64,000 bases of DNA from Spirochaetia bacterium (GCA_965203055.1 OZ241863.1:3552001-3616000), one strand, 5' to 3'; positions 39,192 to 50,094 are shown, numbered from the stretch's first letter. Notes: generated by a model from the letters alone, not told the origin. A program made the numbers and translations.

Positions 39192-42100
39192 GCGCACGGT
39201 TTCATGCGCCCCCTGCCTCCGACCTCGTTCACAGTCTGGAGGAACTGCTGGTACCACGTCTGGCCGCGGAGTTGAAGGCCCGGGAGCCGGGGCACTGCAT
39301 GAGTGTGCTCGACCTGGACGAAGAACTGATGGTGTCGCTCGTCAAGGGCATTCGCAGGCAGGTGCCAACGGCCAACGTGCACGTGCTCACAGACACGCCG
39401 GCCGCGACGGATGACGATCTCTATATTTCCTCGACGAAGCTAGTCGAACTGCGCAACCCGCTGCCGGACGGATCGTTACGCCCGCCGCTATGCGTATTCC
39501 TGCCGGCAAACTTGCGGACAAGCGCCGAAGATTCGTTTGGACGTACGACCTTTGAGGAGTTTCCGGTAGGCGACGTCTACGAGGATCTGCGGCGACGGTT
39601 GCTGGAACGCGTTCCTTCGACTTTGCAAGGGTACCTGCGGGACGTACTTCAGCTTCTCCATAAGCAGCGCTGGCGCTGGGGGGATACGGCGGCTCAGGTA
39701 AGATTTCTGTTGTGCGCGCATAAGAACGGCAACGACGGCGAAGCGTTCGGCGGCGCCCTCTATGAGTTAGGATTGGTTCCCGACTTCAAACTGTTCAACG
39801 ATCCGACCACGGCCTACGGGAGGGTACGCAAGAATTACGAATGCGTGAGGGGATTGACGAACGGAGATTCCTCGATACTCACCCGGGTGCTCAATCTGGG
39901 CCTCGTCAACAGGGGTCTTCAGCGGCGATTATCCGAGTACCTTGCAGATACCGGCGTAGAAGATCCGGTTATCTGGACGCGCGCCGTGGTCCTCGACTGC
40001 AAACATTGGGACCTGTCATTCGACAAATGGGAGTTCACTTCCGAGATTGCGCCGGAGGGAATCACGTTCGTGCGGGTAGAGACCGACCTGCCCGTGGTTC
40101 CCGATGAACCGCACGAAAACGACCAGCTGCTCGATCTCATCGGACAACAGGTTCTGATGCCGAGGGAGCGGAAAAAGATAGGCGTCGTCATCGAAGTAAA
40201 TCCGCACCCAGGCCAAGTTCGCGGGCTGCATCACTTTACGGTACAGATCATCTCACAGGAGTCGGGACCGGTTGGCGCCGCGCGCAGGCTAAAGGTCTGG
40301 AAGTCGGCCAAGACTCATGCCGCGGTCTCGCTGCTGAAGCTCAACAGCGTCGACTTCGAGGAGGGCTGGCATCTTGTCCGCGTACTGCCATGGACGGCGG
40401 ACGGCGATCCGATCCCGATCGAAGCGCCCTCTCAGACCGGAAAAGGCGCGAATGAGAGCGAACCGTTCTTCGTGCTGCCAAACGCGGACTTGGAGGAGGA
40501 CCCACCACAGCGGGCCGTGCCAACGGCTGACAGCGTCGAGCACGCCCGACTCGATCGGCAGTTCGCAGCACTCGCGCAGAACCGAGAATCCGCGGAGATC
40601 GCCCCGCACAGCGTCGGCTGGACCGAGCGCAGTACCAAGCGGCTCGCTGCCGCGCGCCGAACCATCGAGGTCAAGTTCGGCAAGGAAGGCGCATTCCAGA
40701 TTCCGATTTCCGGCTGGCCGAAAAACATCGAGCAGCGGATTCTGGAGACGCCGGAGCGACCGGTTAACTGGCGAATGCAGGTCCATGGGGGAGAACCGCA
40801 TGAGCCGACCGCCGACATCGGAGAGTGGAATGAATCGGCCGCGGCGCGTGGATTCCTCGACGCCCGCTCGAACTACTTCCGGTGCGTTACGCAGGACGCT
40901 AGCAATCTGGTCTCTCAGGGTCTCGACGTTTTGCGTAATGCGGCGTCGATACTCGCGTACGCGGCTTCCTACATTGACCTCCTCAAGGACCTCGCAAGTA
41001 AAGTGGAGCGTCAGAACGCCGACCAGCAAACCATGATCCGCTCCCTGCGTGAGGCGCTGGCGGTCGACACCGTCCGGCTGGTTATCGACGACTACCGCGG
41101 CCAGCCGCGCGAAGCCGCGTTGGTCGCGCCCACCCATCCGCTCCGCGCTCTCTGGCAGCTCGCCTGGGCTCAGCTTGGAGCGGACTGGGTGCGAAAGGCC
41201 GACAAGTCACCCCGTGAACACCTCGCGCCGTCGCGAGCCGCGCTGCTGCACGGGTTATCCTCCGTCAACTTCCCGGCGATGCTGCCGGTGACCGACGGTC
41301 GTGTGTTCACCGCGGTAGACAACATTCATCGGTTCTGGCCACTCTACGCTCCTGCCGGCGCGGATGATCCACGCGGGCTGATCGGCGACGTGTGCGCCGC
41401 CCTCGGGATGCCGGAGCCGTCCATTGGCGGCGCTGCGATCACTGGCGACATTCTGGCATCGCGCATCGAACGTTATCTGGTCCAGCATCCGTACGTGAGG
41501 ACACTGGTGCTCAACGTGTTCAATGCGGGACGCGCCAGTGTGCTCTCCGACGCCTTGGTTGTCCTGCAACGGCAGGAGACGTTTCACGACTTGAGCTACG
41601 ACGTGCGGTTGTTCGTACCCGATCCGAACGCACCCGGTGTCGGCGAATCGATCGATGCGCTGCTCACCGGTGAGGCCGCGGCCAGCCAGGAGTTCGCCAT
41701 CCCCGCGCGCAGTCACATCTTTCCGAAGCTCACCGTAGCCGTGCGCTCAACGGCGGACTTTCAAGCTGAACCTGAGCGATTTCGCTCGCACATCAGCATG
41801 CTGTTCGATCTATTCCCACCGGAAGAAGTGGCGGCAGGTCCGCCACTACGAACGGAGACCACGGTTGCGCTTCACGGGCTCGTTCAAGACTTCACCATCA
41901 GATTTCACGACGATGACAGCGGCATCGGGTGGGAACGGCAGCCCCGGCACGGTACACCTGCGCCGATAGACAGGGGTGAAGAAGCATCGTTACTTCTTGT
42001 TGAGTTATCCGCGCTGATCTCTGCGGCGACCGCAACCGTTGCCCGATCGACACCCGATTTCTCGGCACGGCCGATAATCCGTTTGGAACTGCGTCCGGCG

Positions 42101-44641
42101 GAACGAGCGCTCATCAGCGAAGTTCACGACGCCAGCGACTGGGTGTTCATCATCGACCGGAACATGGGCATCGAATTCTTCGATCATGGCGGCAAGCGAG
42201 ACCGTCCCGACTATCTGATCGACTATACACCGCCTATGGTGGCCGGCCACGGTCACCGTCTCATCATCAGTTCCCGGTCGATGGCCGAGCTTGAAGCGAT
42301 TCTGCGGCCGGTGCTGCAAGAGTACGGCCTCGGCGCAAGCGAACAACACGCGGTGCTCATCCTCAATCAATTGCGCTCGCTCTCCGGACGCTTGGCGCTC
42401 AAGCTGGTGTCAGCACCGACGGCGCGAGCGGAAGCACTTGGCATCGCGCTGGCGCGTCTATTCCTCGAATACCAGGGCGCGTTGCGCAATCAGATAGTGG
42501 TACCGCTCGACTCACATGTAGATTTGTTCCGCACCGCGAGAGATCAGGCAGAAGCGATCGGCGATGAGATAACGCTGCGCCGCACCGATCTTGCCCTGTT
42601 TGACCTCGACTTCGCGCAGCGGACGGTCTCGTGCAATCTGGTGGAGGTCAAGTGCTATGCGCGGCGCCTCAGCTTGGGAGGATACGCACAACTCAAGGAT
42701 CACATCGCGGAGCAGCTCAACCAAAGCGAGCGTATTGTCCAGCGGCACTTCGATCCTCATGGAACCAGGCCGGATCGCCCCGACCGCCTGCTCAAGACGC
42801 GTGAGCTCGTCACGTTGCTGGAGTTCTATCTGGAACGCAGTCTCCGATATGGGCTGATGGATGCGGACGCCGGAAACGAGGCGCGAGCGTTGCTTCACCG
42901 GCTGGAGGAGGGGTACACACTTCAGTTCTCGCGGAGCGGCCTGGTATTCGACTTCGACCAGCCCGGAACCAGCTCCTCGGAACACGAAGCGGGCATCGAT
43001 TATTACCGCGTCGGCAGTGATCTGATTCGCAGCCTCGTGTGTCGCGCGACGGCGATGAGGCCACAGTCGCCGGCGACTGAATCCGATAGTGACAGCGATG
43101 CTCACGAACATGTCCACGAAGATGCGGTAGGATCGCAGACCATCCCGCGATTAGATGGCGCCGCCTTTCTGGTACGGGACCGTCTGCGCTCGACGACCGA
43201 CTTGGAGACTGAGTTGGCCGACCGTTCCGATCCGACCGACCGACCGGTACGCAACGCGGTCCCCGGCGCTCCCGATCCCGCGTCGGTACCATCCAGCGAT
43301 GAGCCACCCGGACCGCAGAACACCAAGAAGCAGCCGTCCGCTGAAGATCAAGTTGACGATCTGCACGGACCTGAACTCACCGCCGGCGACGGTATCACGC
43401 CTGCTCCGGAGGGCGAACCCGAGTGTGACTTCACTTTAGGCGTGACAAGTGCTTCGCCGCAGTTCGGGCTGCTCGGCAAGATGGCGGGTCGCAAGGTGGC
43501 GCTGGACCTGAACCAGACCCATACGATCAGCCTGTTCGGAGTGCAAGGGGGCGGCAAGAGCTACTCGCTGGGCAGTGTCGTGGAGATGGCCTGCATGCCG
43601 ATTCCGGGAATCAACGCGCTACCCAATCCACTGGCCGGGGTCATCTTCCACTACAGTTCGACGCTCGACTACAAGCCGGAGTTCACTTCGATGGCTCTGC
43701 CCAATGCGGCAGATGCGGAGGTGGCTGCGTTGCGTACTCAATATGGCGCCGCACCTACGGCGCTGCGGGACTTGGTAATCCTTACCCCGGCGGCGAAGGT
43801 CAAGGAGCGCCGCGCGGAGCATCCGGGCATCGAAGTAATGCCGATCGCCTTTGCGGCGGCGGAGCTGAACGCGTCGCACTGGAAGTTTCTCATGGGCGCC
43901 GTCGGCAGCCAGAGCATGTACATACGCCAGATCGCTCTCATCATGAAGCGGCTGCGCGGCGAGTTGACCTTGGAAGCACTGCGCCGCGGAGTCCAGGAGT
44001 CGGCCCTCTCCGAATCCCTTAAGGAACTCGCAGGACTCCGACTCGAATTCGCCGAGGAGTATATCGACGACACCTATCGACTGACTGAGATACTACGCCC
44101 GGGACGGCTTGTGATCGTGGACCTTCGAGACGAGTTTATCGATAAAGACGAAGCACTCGGGCTGTTCGTCGTTCTCCTGCAGATGTTTGCCGACACTACC
44201 TACCAGGGCCGCCGGTTCAACAAGCTGGTCGTCTTCGACGAGGCCCACAAGTACATCGGCAGTCCCGACCTGGTTGCCGGATTGATCGAGGTCGTGCGTG
44301 AGATGCGCCACAAAGGTACGAGCATTCTGGTAGCGTCTCAGGACCCGCCGTCGGTTCCCACTTCGCTTATCGAACTGTCCACGCAGATCATCCTGCACAA
44401 ATTCAATTCTCCGGCGTGGCTGAAACACATCCAGAAGGCAAACTCGGCTCTCGACGCACTCACTCCCGCCAAGCTCGCTTCCCTGAGTCCGGGCGAAGCA
44501 TACGTTTGGAGTAGCAAAGCAACGGACGACGCGCTCGTTCGCGGAGCTGTCAAGATCCGGTGCCGGCCTCGAGTTACGCAGCACGGAGGAAGTACGAAGA
44601 CCGCCGTATCGACCGACGGTAGTGGCAGCCGAACAGAGTGA
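39188..44641 (+). CDS. mad8: Large ATP-binding protein, MADS MAD8-like (PD-(D/E)xK + HerA-like ATPase)
   Basis: 1817 aa; KLVELRN, RRTDLAL..LVEVKC, GVQGGGKS, VVFDEAH, ASQDP, RPRVTQHGG. Confidence 0.88.
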   Translation: MSARFHAPPASDLVHSLEELLVPRLAAELKAREPGHCMSVLDLDEELMVSLVKGIRRQVPTANVHVLTDTPAATDDDLYISSTKLVELRNPLPDGSLRPPLCVFLPANLRTSAEDSFGRTTFEEFPVGDVYEDLRRRLLERVPSTLQGYLRDVLQLLHKQRWRWGDTAAQVRFLLCAHKNGNDGEAFGGALYELGLVPDFKLFNDPTTAYGRVRKNYECVRGLTNGDSSILTRVLNLGLVNRGLQRRLSEYLADTGVEDPVIWTRAVVLDCKHWDLSFDKWEFTSEIAPEGITFVRVETDLPVVPDEPHENDQLLDLIGQQVLMPRERKKIGVVIEVNPHPGQVRGLHHFTVQIISQESGPVGAARRLKVWKSAKTHAAVSLLKLNSVDFEEGWHLVRVLPWTADGDPIPIEAPSQTGKGANESEPFFVLPNADLEEDPPQRAVPTADSVEHARLDRQFAALAQNRESAEIAPHSVGWTERSTKRLAAARRTIEVKFGKEGAFQIPISGWPKNIEQRILETPERPVNWRMQVHGGEPHEPTADIGEWNESAAARGFLDARSNYFRCVTQDASNLVSQGLDVLRNAASILAYAASYIDLLKDLASKVERQNADQQTMIRSLREALAVDTVRLVIDDYRGQPREAALVAPTHPLRALWQLAWAQLGADWVRKADKSPREHLAPSRAALLHGLSSVNFPAMLPVTDGRVFTAVDNIHRFWPLYAPAGADDPRGLIGDVCAALGMPEPSIGGAAITGDILASRIERYLVQHPYVRTLVLNVFNAGRASVLSDALVVLQRQETFHDLSYDVRLFVPDPNAPGVGESIDALLTGEAAASQEFAIPARSHIFPKLTVAVRSTADFQAEPERFRSHISMLFDLFPPEEVAAGPPLRTETTVALHGLVQDFTIRFHDDDSGIGWERQPRHGTPAPIDRGEEASLLLVELSALISAATATVARSTPDFSARPIIRLELRPAERALISEVHDASDWVFIIDRNMGIEFFDHGGKRDRPDYLIDYTPPMVAGHGHRLIISSRSMAELEAILRPVLQEYGLGASEQHAVLILNQLRSLSGRLALKLVSAPTARAEALGIALARLFLEYQGALRNQIVVPLDSHVDLFRTARDQAEAIGDEITLRRTDLALFDLDFAQRTVSCNLVEVKCYARRLSLGGYAQLKDHIAEQLNQSERIVQRHFDPHGTRPDRPDRLLKTRELVTLLEFYLERSLRYGLMDADAGNEARALLHRLEEGYTLQFSRSGLVFDFDQPGTSSSEHEAGIDYYRVGSDLIRSLVCRATAMRPQSPATESDSDSDAHEHVHEDAVGSQTIPRLDGAAFLVRDRLRSTTDLETELADRSDPTDRPVRNAVPGAPDPASVPSSDEPPGPQNTKKQPSAEDQVDDLHGPELTAGDGITPAPEGEPECDFTLGVTSASPQFGLLGKMAGRKVALDLNQTHTISLFGVQGGGKSYSLGSVVEMACMPIPGINALPNPLAGVIFHYSSTLDYKPEFTSMALPNAADAEVAALRTQYGAAPTALRDLVILTPAAKVKERRAEHPGIEVMPIAFAAAELNASHWKFLMGAVGSQSMYIRQIALIMKRLRGELTLEALRRGVQESALSESLKELAGLRLEFAEEYIDDTYRLTEILRPGRLVIVDLRDEFIDKDEALGLFVVLLQMFADTTYQGRRFNKLVVFDEAHKYIGSPDLVAGLIEVVREMRHKGTSILVASQDPPSVPTSLIELSTQIILHKFNSPAWLKHIQKANSALDALTPAKLASLSPGEAYVWSSKATDDALVRGAVKIRCRPRVTQHGGSTKTAVSTDGSGSRTE

Positions 44642-44704
44642 GTCCCAACTATCCGGCGCCTGCCGTGGACATTGGAGGCGGTAGCGGGCTACTCTGGGGG
44701 TGGC

Positions 44705-45541
44705 ATGTTGACGGCAGAGCAGGTGGCGGCGTATCGGGACGACGGCTATCTTCGGGTGTCCGGCATCTTCACGGCGGAGGAGCTGGCGGAGCTGGAGCGG
44801 GAGATGGACGCGATCATCGACGAGTGGTGGGGGGAGGAGAGCATCGGCTGGAAGGGGCCGTGGCGCGACCACTACCTGCCGGCGGGCGAACAGGAGAATA
44901 CCCGCGCGGTGTTCATCGGCAACCCGCAGTTCTACTCGGCGGCCTGGGGGCGGATCATCTTCCACCGGCGGCTCACCGAGTGCGTGCGCGCCCTGGTCGG
45001 CTCCCCGGCGCAGTGGCATGGCACCATCCTGCACGCCAAGCCGCCGGAGCGCGGCACCCCGTTTCCGATGCATCAGGACTACCCGTTCTATCCCCACGAC
45101 GGGCCCGACTTCGTCGATTGTCTGCTGCACCTGGACGACGCCCCGGAGGCCAGCGGCTGTCTGCAAGTCGTTCCCGGCAGCCACCGGGAAGGCCCGCTGG
45201 AGCACGTCACCGGCGATCACACCCGCCCCTACCTGCCGCCCGAGAAGTACCATCCCGACAAGACGCCGTCGCTGGCGGTGCCGGCCAAGGCCGGGGACGT
45301 GGTGTTCTTCAGCTACCTGACGATCCACTGGTCGGCCATGAACCGCACCGACCGCTGGCGCCGCTCGGTGCGCATCGGCTATCACAACGCCGCCATGCGG
45401 CCCACCTTCGTGAAGCCGACCGATCCCTACGACAACCTCGTGGTGGCCGGTCTGAAGCGCCGCGGACAGCAGCCGCGCATCACCTACAAGGTGACCGGTC
45501 AGGGCCAGGAGCAGCACCTCAAGCAGCCGGTCCGCTCATAG
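44705..45541 (+). CDS. Phytanoyl-CoA dioxygenase (PhyH) family protein
   Basis: LTAEQVAAYRDDGY, AKPP, MHQD, GCLQVVPGSH, TIHWS. Confidence 0.92.
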   Translation: MLTAEQVAAYRDDGYLRVSGIFTAEELAELEREMDAIIDEWWGEESIGWKGPWRDHYLPAGEQENTRAVFIGNPQFYSAAWGRIIFHRRLTECVRALVGSPAQWHGTILHAKPPERGTPFPMHQDYPFYPHDGPDFVDCLLHLDDAPEASGCLQVVPGSHREGPLEHVTGDHTRPYLPPEKYHPDKTPSLAVPAKAGDVVFFSYLTIHWSAMNRTDRWRRSVRIGYHNAAMRPTFVKPTDPYDNLVVAGLKRRGQQPRITYKVTGQGQEQHLKQPVRS

Positions 45542-45564
45542 CGCGGTGCCGGCGCTGCGCCGGG

Positions 45565-46536
45565 TCAGCGAACTTTCAGCACCACCTTGCCGATGTTGCG
45601 GTAGTCGGCCACCAGGGCATGGGCCTGCTCCGCCTGCTGCACGGGCAGGACCGTGTGGATGACCGGGAGCAGCTCGCGCGCCGCCACCGCGGCGCCGAAG
45701 TCGCGCTGGAAGCCGGCGCTGATGGCGGCCTTCTCCTCCGCGCTGCGCGAGCGCAGCACCGAGCCGATGATCCGCTGCCGCTTGCGCATCAGGTCGCCGA
45801 TGCGCAGTTCCGCCACGTTGCCGCCCAGGGTAGCGATGCACACCAGCCGCCCGCGCGGGCGCAGGAGCCGCAGATTGCGCGCCAGATAGTCGGCGCCCAC
45901 GCAGTCCAGGATCACGTCCACCCCGCCGGCGGCCGCGGCGATCACCTGCGCCCAATCCTCGGTGGCATGGTTCGCCGTTACCTGCGCGCCGAGCTCGCGG
46001 CAGGCCGCCAGCTTGGCCGCCGAGCGCGCCGTCACGCACACGGTGGCGCCGGCGCGGCGGGCGAGTTGTATGGCGGCGGTGCCGACGCCGCTGGCGCCGC
46101 CGTGAACGAGCACCGTCTCTCCGGCGGCCAGCCCCGCTTCCATGAACAAGTTGACGTAGGCGGTGAGAAATACCTCCGGCAGCCCGCCTCCCTCGACGAA
46201 GCTCAACGCCTCCGGCAGCGGCATCAGATAGCGCGGGTCGGCGGCCACCGCTTCGGCGTAGCCGCCGCCGGGCAGAATCGAGCAGACCCGATCTCCGGCG
46301 GCGAAGCCCGCGGCGCACGGCCCGGCTGACGCGACCACGCCGGCCATTTCCAGTCCCAGCCAGGGCGGCGCTCCGGGCGGCGGGTCGTAGCCGCCGCGGC
46401 GTTGCAGCAGGTCGGCCCGGTTTACCGCGGTGGCGTGGATCCGTACCAGCGCCTCGTGCGGCTGCGGCTGCGGGTCGGCCACCCGGCGCCACTCCAGCGG
46501 CGCGCCCGCTCCATCTCCTACGACGATGGCATACAC
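45565..46536 (-). CDS. NAD(P)H-quinone oxidoreductase (PIG3/zeta-crystallin family)
   Basis: AVNRADLLQRRG.Y.PP, GLEMAG, HGGASGVG, NIGKVVL; GTG start 6 nt after TATGGT. Confidence 0.93.
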   Translation of the reverse strand: MYAIVVGDGAGAPLEWRRVADPQPQPHEALVRIHATAVNRADLLQRRGGYDPPPGAPPWLGLEMAGVVASAGPCAAGFAAGDRVCSILPGGGYAEAVAADPRYLMPLPEALSFVEGGGLPEVFLTAYVNLFMEAGLAAGETVLVHGGASGVGTAAIQLARRAGATVCVTARSAAKLAACRELGAQVTANHATEDWAQVIAAAAGGVDVILDCVGADYLARNLRLLRPRGRLVCIATLGGNVAELRIGDLMRKRQRIIGSVLRSRSAEEKAAISAGFQRDFGAAVAARELLPVIHTVLPVQQAEQAHALVADYRNIGKVVLKVR

Positions 46537-46597
46537 CGCGCCACCATAGCATGGCGCGCGCCGCGGCGGCGCGCCTTTCGCTATATTAGTCGGCAGC

Positions 46598-47632
46598 ATG
46601 CGTATCGTGGGACGCAGCCTGCCGGTCCTGGCCGCGGCGTTGCTCGTCGGCGCCGGGCTGATTGCGCACGCCACTCAGCTCCTGCCGGCCGCACTGCGGC
46701 GCGCCGCCGCGCTCTGGCGCCCGACCAGCACGGTCATGCTGCGCGGCGCTGGGGCGCCGTGGCGGGTCGGGATCCAGATCGGGCATCTGGATTCGGCCGA
46801 ACTGCCGCCGGAACTGTCCCGCCTGCGCACCTCCACCGGAGCCTACGCCGCCGGCGTCGCCGAGGTGGAAATCAACGTGGCGGTAGCGCGCGCCGCGGCG
46901 GTGCTGCTGGAGGCGGAGGGAGTCGAGGTCGAGCTGTTGCCGGCGACCATTCCCCCCGGCTTCGACGCCGACGCCTTCGTGGCGGTGCACGCCGACGGCA
47001 ACCGCAGTGCGGCGGCGCGCGGCTACAAGGTCTCGCCGCCGTGGCGCGCGTCGCCCGCGTCCCGCCTGCTGGTGGCCGCGCTGCACGACCACTACGGGCA
47101 GGCAACCGAGCTGCCGGTGGACCTGAACGGCGTCACCTACAACATGCGCGGCTACTACGCCTTCAGCAGCTACCGCTACCGGCACGCCATCGCCGACACT
47201 ACGCCGGCGGCGATCCTGGAGCTGGGCTACGTCAGCAACGCCGAGGACCGCGCGTTCCTGCTCGCCCACCCCGAGGCGGCGGCGCAGGGGCTGGCCGCCG
47301 GGGTCCTCGCCTACCTGCAGCGCCGCAACCCGTTCGACCGCTGGGAGACGCTGCCGCCGCTGGTGCCGATCATCCTGCGGGCGCCGCCCGGCGGAGTGGC
47401 GCTGTACGCCTCCCGCGACCGGCGCTCGACGGTGCGCAATCATCTGCGGCCCGGCGAACTGCTGGTCGCCACCGGCGAGGTGGACGGCTGGTTCGACGTC
47501 CGCGTACGCGGCAGCTACCGCAGCTTCGGCTGGGTGAACGCGGCCGACCTCAAGACGCCGCGGGCGGAGTCTCGGCCGGGCGCGGCGCCGGAGCAGTCCG
47601 CGGCGGCAGCGCCCATGCGCGACCCGGGATGA
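46598..47632 (+). CDS. N-acetylmuramoyl-L-alanine amidase (Amidase_3) with C-terminal SH3-like domain
   Basis: Signal-peptide-like N-terminus, GIQIGH, EVEIN, AVHAD, ILELGYVSN; GWF..FGWV. Confidence 0.85.
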   Translation: MRIVGRSLPVLAAALLVGAGLIAHATQLLPAALRRAAALWRPTSTVMLRGAGAPWRVGIQIGHLDSAELPPELSRLRTSTGAYAAGVAEVEINVAVARAAAVLLEAEGVEVELLPATIPPGFDADAFVAVHADGNRSAAARGYKVSPPWRASPASRLLVAALHDHYGQATELPVDLNGVTYNMRGYYAFSSYRYRHAIADTTPAAILELGYVSNAEDRAFLLAHPEAAAQGLAAGVLAYLQRRNPFDRWETLPPLVPIILRAPPGGVALYASRDRRSTVRNHLRPGELLVATGEVDGWFDVRVRGSYRSFGWVNAADLKTPRAESRPGAAPEQSAAAAPMRDPG

Positions 47633-47699
47633 CGCCCGCCGCCGGGCCGGAGCACGCAATGCGCGTTGAGAGAGCACGCGCAGCGCGGCGCCGGGGCCG

Positions 47700-48668
47700 G
47701 TGAACGCCCCGGTCCGGGGCATCGCGCCGGCCATGCCGGCGGTAGCAGGCCGCGCCCTACCCCGGGTACCGCGTGATCCGAACGCGGTCGAGGAGTGGCT
47801 GCAAGCCTCGGAAGCGGCGGTCGCGGCCGCCGCCCGGCGTCCCATCACGGCAGGCACCGAGAAGCTCGTCGCGTGGAGCGGCGGCGCGCCGCGGCGCACC
47901 GACCTGGCCCTGGTGTACATCCACGGCTACACCGGCTGCCGGCAGTCGCTGGCGCCGGCACCGGAGCAGGCGGCGGCGCGCCTGGAGGCCAACATCTTTC
48001 TTACCCGGCTGGCCGGCGGCGGCCTGGGAGCGGATGCGATCGGCGCCGTAACCTTGGCCGACTGGCAGCGCGACGTGGTGGAGGCGGGCCGCGTCGGCGC
48101 CGTCATCGGGCGGCGGACAGTAGTCTTGGGAATGTCCACCGGCTGCCCGCTGGCCGCCTGGTGGGTGGCCCGGCATCCCGAAACCGCGGCGCTGGTGATG
48201 CTGTCGCCCAACTTCTGGCCGCGCAACCGCGGCGTGAGCCTGCTGTTGACCCCCGCCGGCCCCCTGCTGGCGCGCCTGCTGGTGGGCCGCTACCGCGATC
48301 TCTCGGGGAACGACGAGCAGGAGGACCGCTATTGGACCACGCGCCACCACTCCCGCTCGCTGGTGCCGATGATGCAGGCGGTGCGCCTGGGGCTCCGCAC
48401 CCCCCTGGAGCAGATTCACTGCCCGGTACTGGTGATCTACACCGAACAGGACCGCGTGGTGTCGGTAGCTGCGATCAAGCGCGCCTACGAACGGGTCGGC
48501 AGCACCCGCAAGCACCTGCTGGAGCTTCCCGGCGCGCACCACCATGAACTTGCCGGAACGATCCAGGATCCGGCTACGGTACCGGCTCTCACCGACCTCA
48601 TCACCCGGTTCCTGCAAGACGAGCTGATTCGCCGGCCGGCGCCGGCGGACCGCGCCAAGCCAGGCTAG
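47700..48668 (+). CDS. Alpha/beta hydrolase
   Basis: YIHGY, GMSTG nucleophile elbow, QDRVV, HH. Confidence 0.88.
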   Translation: MNAPVRGIAPAMPAVAGRALPRVPRDPNAVEEWLQASEAAVAAAARRPITAGTEKLVAWSGGAPRRTDLALVYIHGYTGCRQSLAPAPEQAAARLEANIFLTRLAGGGLGADAIGAVTLADWQRDVVEAGRVGAVIGRRTVVLGMSTGCPLAAWWVARHPETAALVMLSPNFWPRNRGVSLLLTPAGPLLARLLVGRYRDLSGNDEQEDRYWTTRHHSRSLVPMMQAVRLGLRTPLEQIHCPVLVIYTEQDRVVSVAAIKRAYERVGSTRKHLLELPGAHHHELAGTIQDPATVPALTDLITRFLQDELIRRPAPADRAKPG

Positions 48669-50017
48669 GGCGTGGCTGCCGGCCGGTCCTCCCGCTCCGG
48701 CAGGACCCCGCCGGCCACTTCATCGGTCAATGTATCGGCCACTGCAGCCCTGCCGTTTCCGCCGCTCCCGGCCAGCGGTTGGGCGCGGCCGCTCGCCAGC
48801 AGGGCCGCGATCTCCCGCTCCGCGTGACCGCGCGGCGAGTCGGTCACCAGCGCCAGCAGCCGGCGCAACTCGGCGCGGTCCTCCAGCCGCGCCAGCGCGG
48901 GCGCCGTTTGCTTCAGGCTCCGAAACCCGCGCTTCACGTTGAGGCGCAGGCCCGGCGTACGGCTGCTGCCGCGGATGCCGCTCTCCAGGGAACGCAGGTG
49001 GTAGTAGGCGGCATCGAGGTCGGCGCAAATGCCCCGCCCCGCGGCGCGGCGGGTAATCTCGTCCTTGATCAGCTCCTGCATGCGGTCCAGGTTGGTGCCG
49101 CTGCGGTAGGTCACCCGCAACGGCACGCTCACCAGCGCTTCGCCGTCTGCCGTGTAGCCGCTCAGCCACTGGGTGTAGAAGCCGTGCTCCACCACGATCG
49201 GCGTGGAGCGGGGAATGAAGCGCATGCGCCGCAGTTCCTCGACGTGGCCGGTCAGGCGCGCGATCTCCCGCTGCAACCGGGCGTCTCCCGGCGCCTCCTC
49301 CAGCCGGCGCCGCAGGGGCGGCAGGAGCTCCTCCTCGAACAGCCGGATCGCCTGCGACAGCGGCAGCCTGATGCGGCTCGCCGCGACCAGTTCCTGGTCC
49401 GCCGGGTCCTCGATGCCGCAGGGTGGAGCAGCAACCTGACTGCCGGCGCGCAACAGCGCCGCCAGCGCCCGGGCCGGCCGCTGCAGCGGGCGCGGCAGCC
49501 GGTCGGGACGGAACCCTCCCAGCGGCGCCCAGGTGTCGTCGCGCGCGGCGTGCTTGCGGAGGGCGCGCACCACGATGCGGGCCAGCGTGCGCGAGGTCGC
49601 CGCCGGAGTCGCCTCCGGTTCGAACAGCGCGCCGCCGCCGCGCAGCAGCAGTTGCTGAAACAACTCCTGCGCCCGCAGATAGCCGGCGTCGCTGGTGATC
49701 AGCTCGTGCTGATCGACCGATATGCCCGCCGCCAGCAGTTCCTCCAGCAGCGCCAGACCGGCGCCGGCGCAGTCGCGGGCACGGCGGTACAGGCGCGGCG
49801 CCGGCGTGCCGCTGGCGCGCAGTCCGTCGAGGATGCGCAGCGCCAGCGAGAAGCGCGTAGCGACCAGCCCGAACACGTCGTCCAGGTTCTTCAGACCGGC
49901 GAAGCGGTGCTCATCATCCGCCACGCGCGCGGCGAGGCGGGCTTCCTCCCGTTCGAGGCGGCGAATCTCCGCGCTCCAGGACCCCTCCAGACCGCGGGCG
50001 GCGGCAAGCTCCTCCAC
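48665..50017 (-). CDS. Hypothetical protein (start uncertain, GTG 50017 preferred)
   Basis: Long ORF with helical, protein-like composition (FIPRSTPI, SGTNLDRMQELIKDEI); no recognised motif. Confidence 0.65.
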   Translation of the reverse strand: MEELAAARGLEGSWSAEIRRLEREEARLAARVADDEHRFAGLKNLDDVFGLVATRFSLALRILDGLRASGTPAPRLYRRARDCAGAGLALLEELLAAGISVDQHELITSDAGYLRAQELFQQLLLRGGGALFEPEATPAATSRTLARIVVRALRKHAARDDTWAPLGGFRPDRLPRPLQRPARALAALLRAGSQVAAPPCGIEDPADQELVAASRIRLPLSQAIRLFEEELLPPLRRRLEEAPGDARLQREIARLTGHVEELRRMRFIPRSTPIVVEHGFYTQWLSGYTADGEALVSVPLRVTYRSGTNLDRMQELIKDEITRRAAGRGICADLDAAYYHLRSLESGIRGSSRTPGLRLNVKRGFRSLKQTAPALARLEDRAELRRLLALVTDSPRGHAEREIAALLASGRAQPLAGSGGNGRAAVADTLTDEVAGGVLPEREDRPAATP

Positions 50018-50094
50018 CCGGCTACCGTGCGGCCGCAGCCGGCGGCCGTCAACCGCCTGCCCGGTCCGCGGCCACGGTATGATATTGTGGTGCA

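Noticed and set aside
28134..44641. BREX type 2 (Pgl) or a wholly novel system
   Set aside because: No PglZ/PglY-type genes; an HsdS-like subunit and the gene order fit MADS.
27543..44700. att or target-site duplication flanking the MADS locus
   Set aside because: No matching direct repeat seen by eye at the two ends; a computational search could still find a short one.
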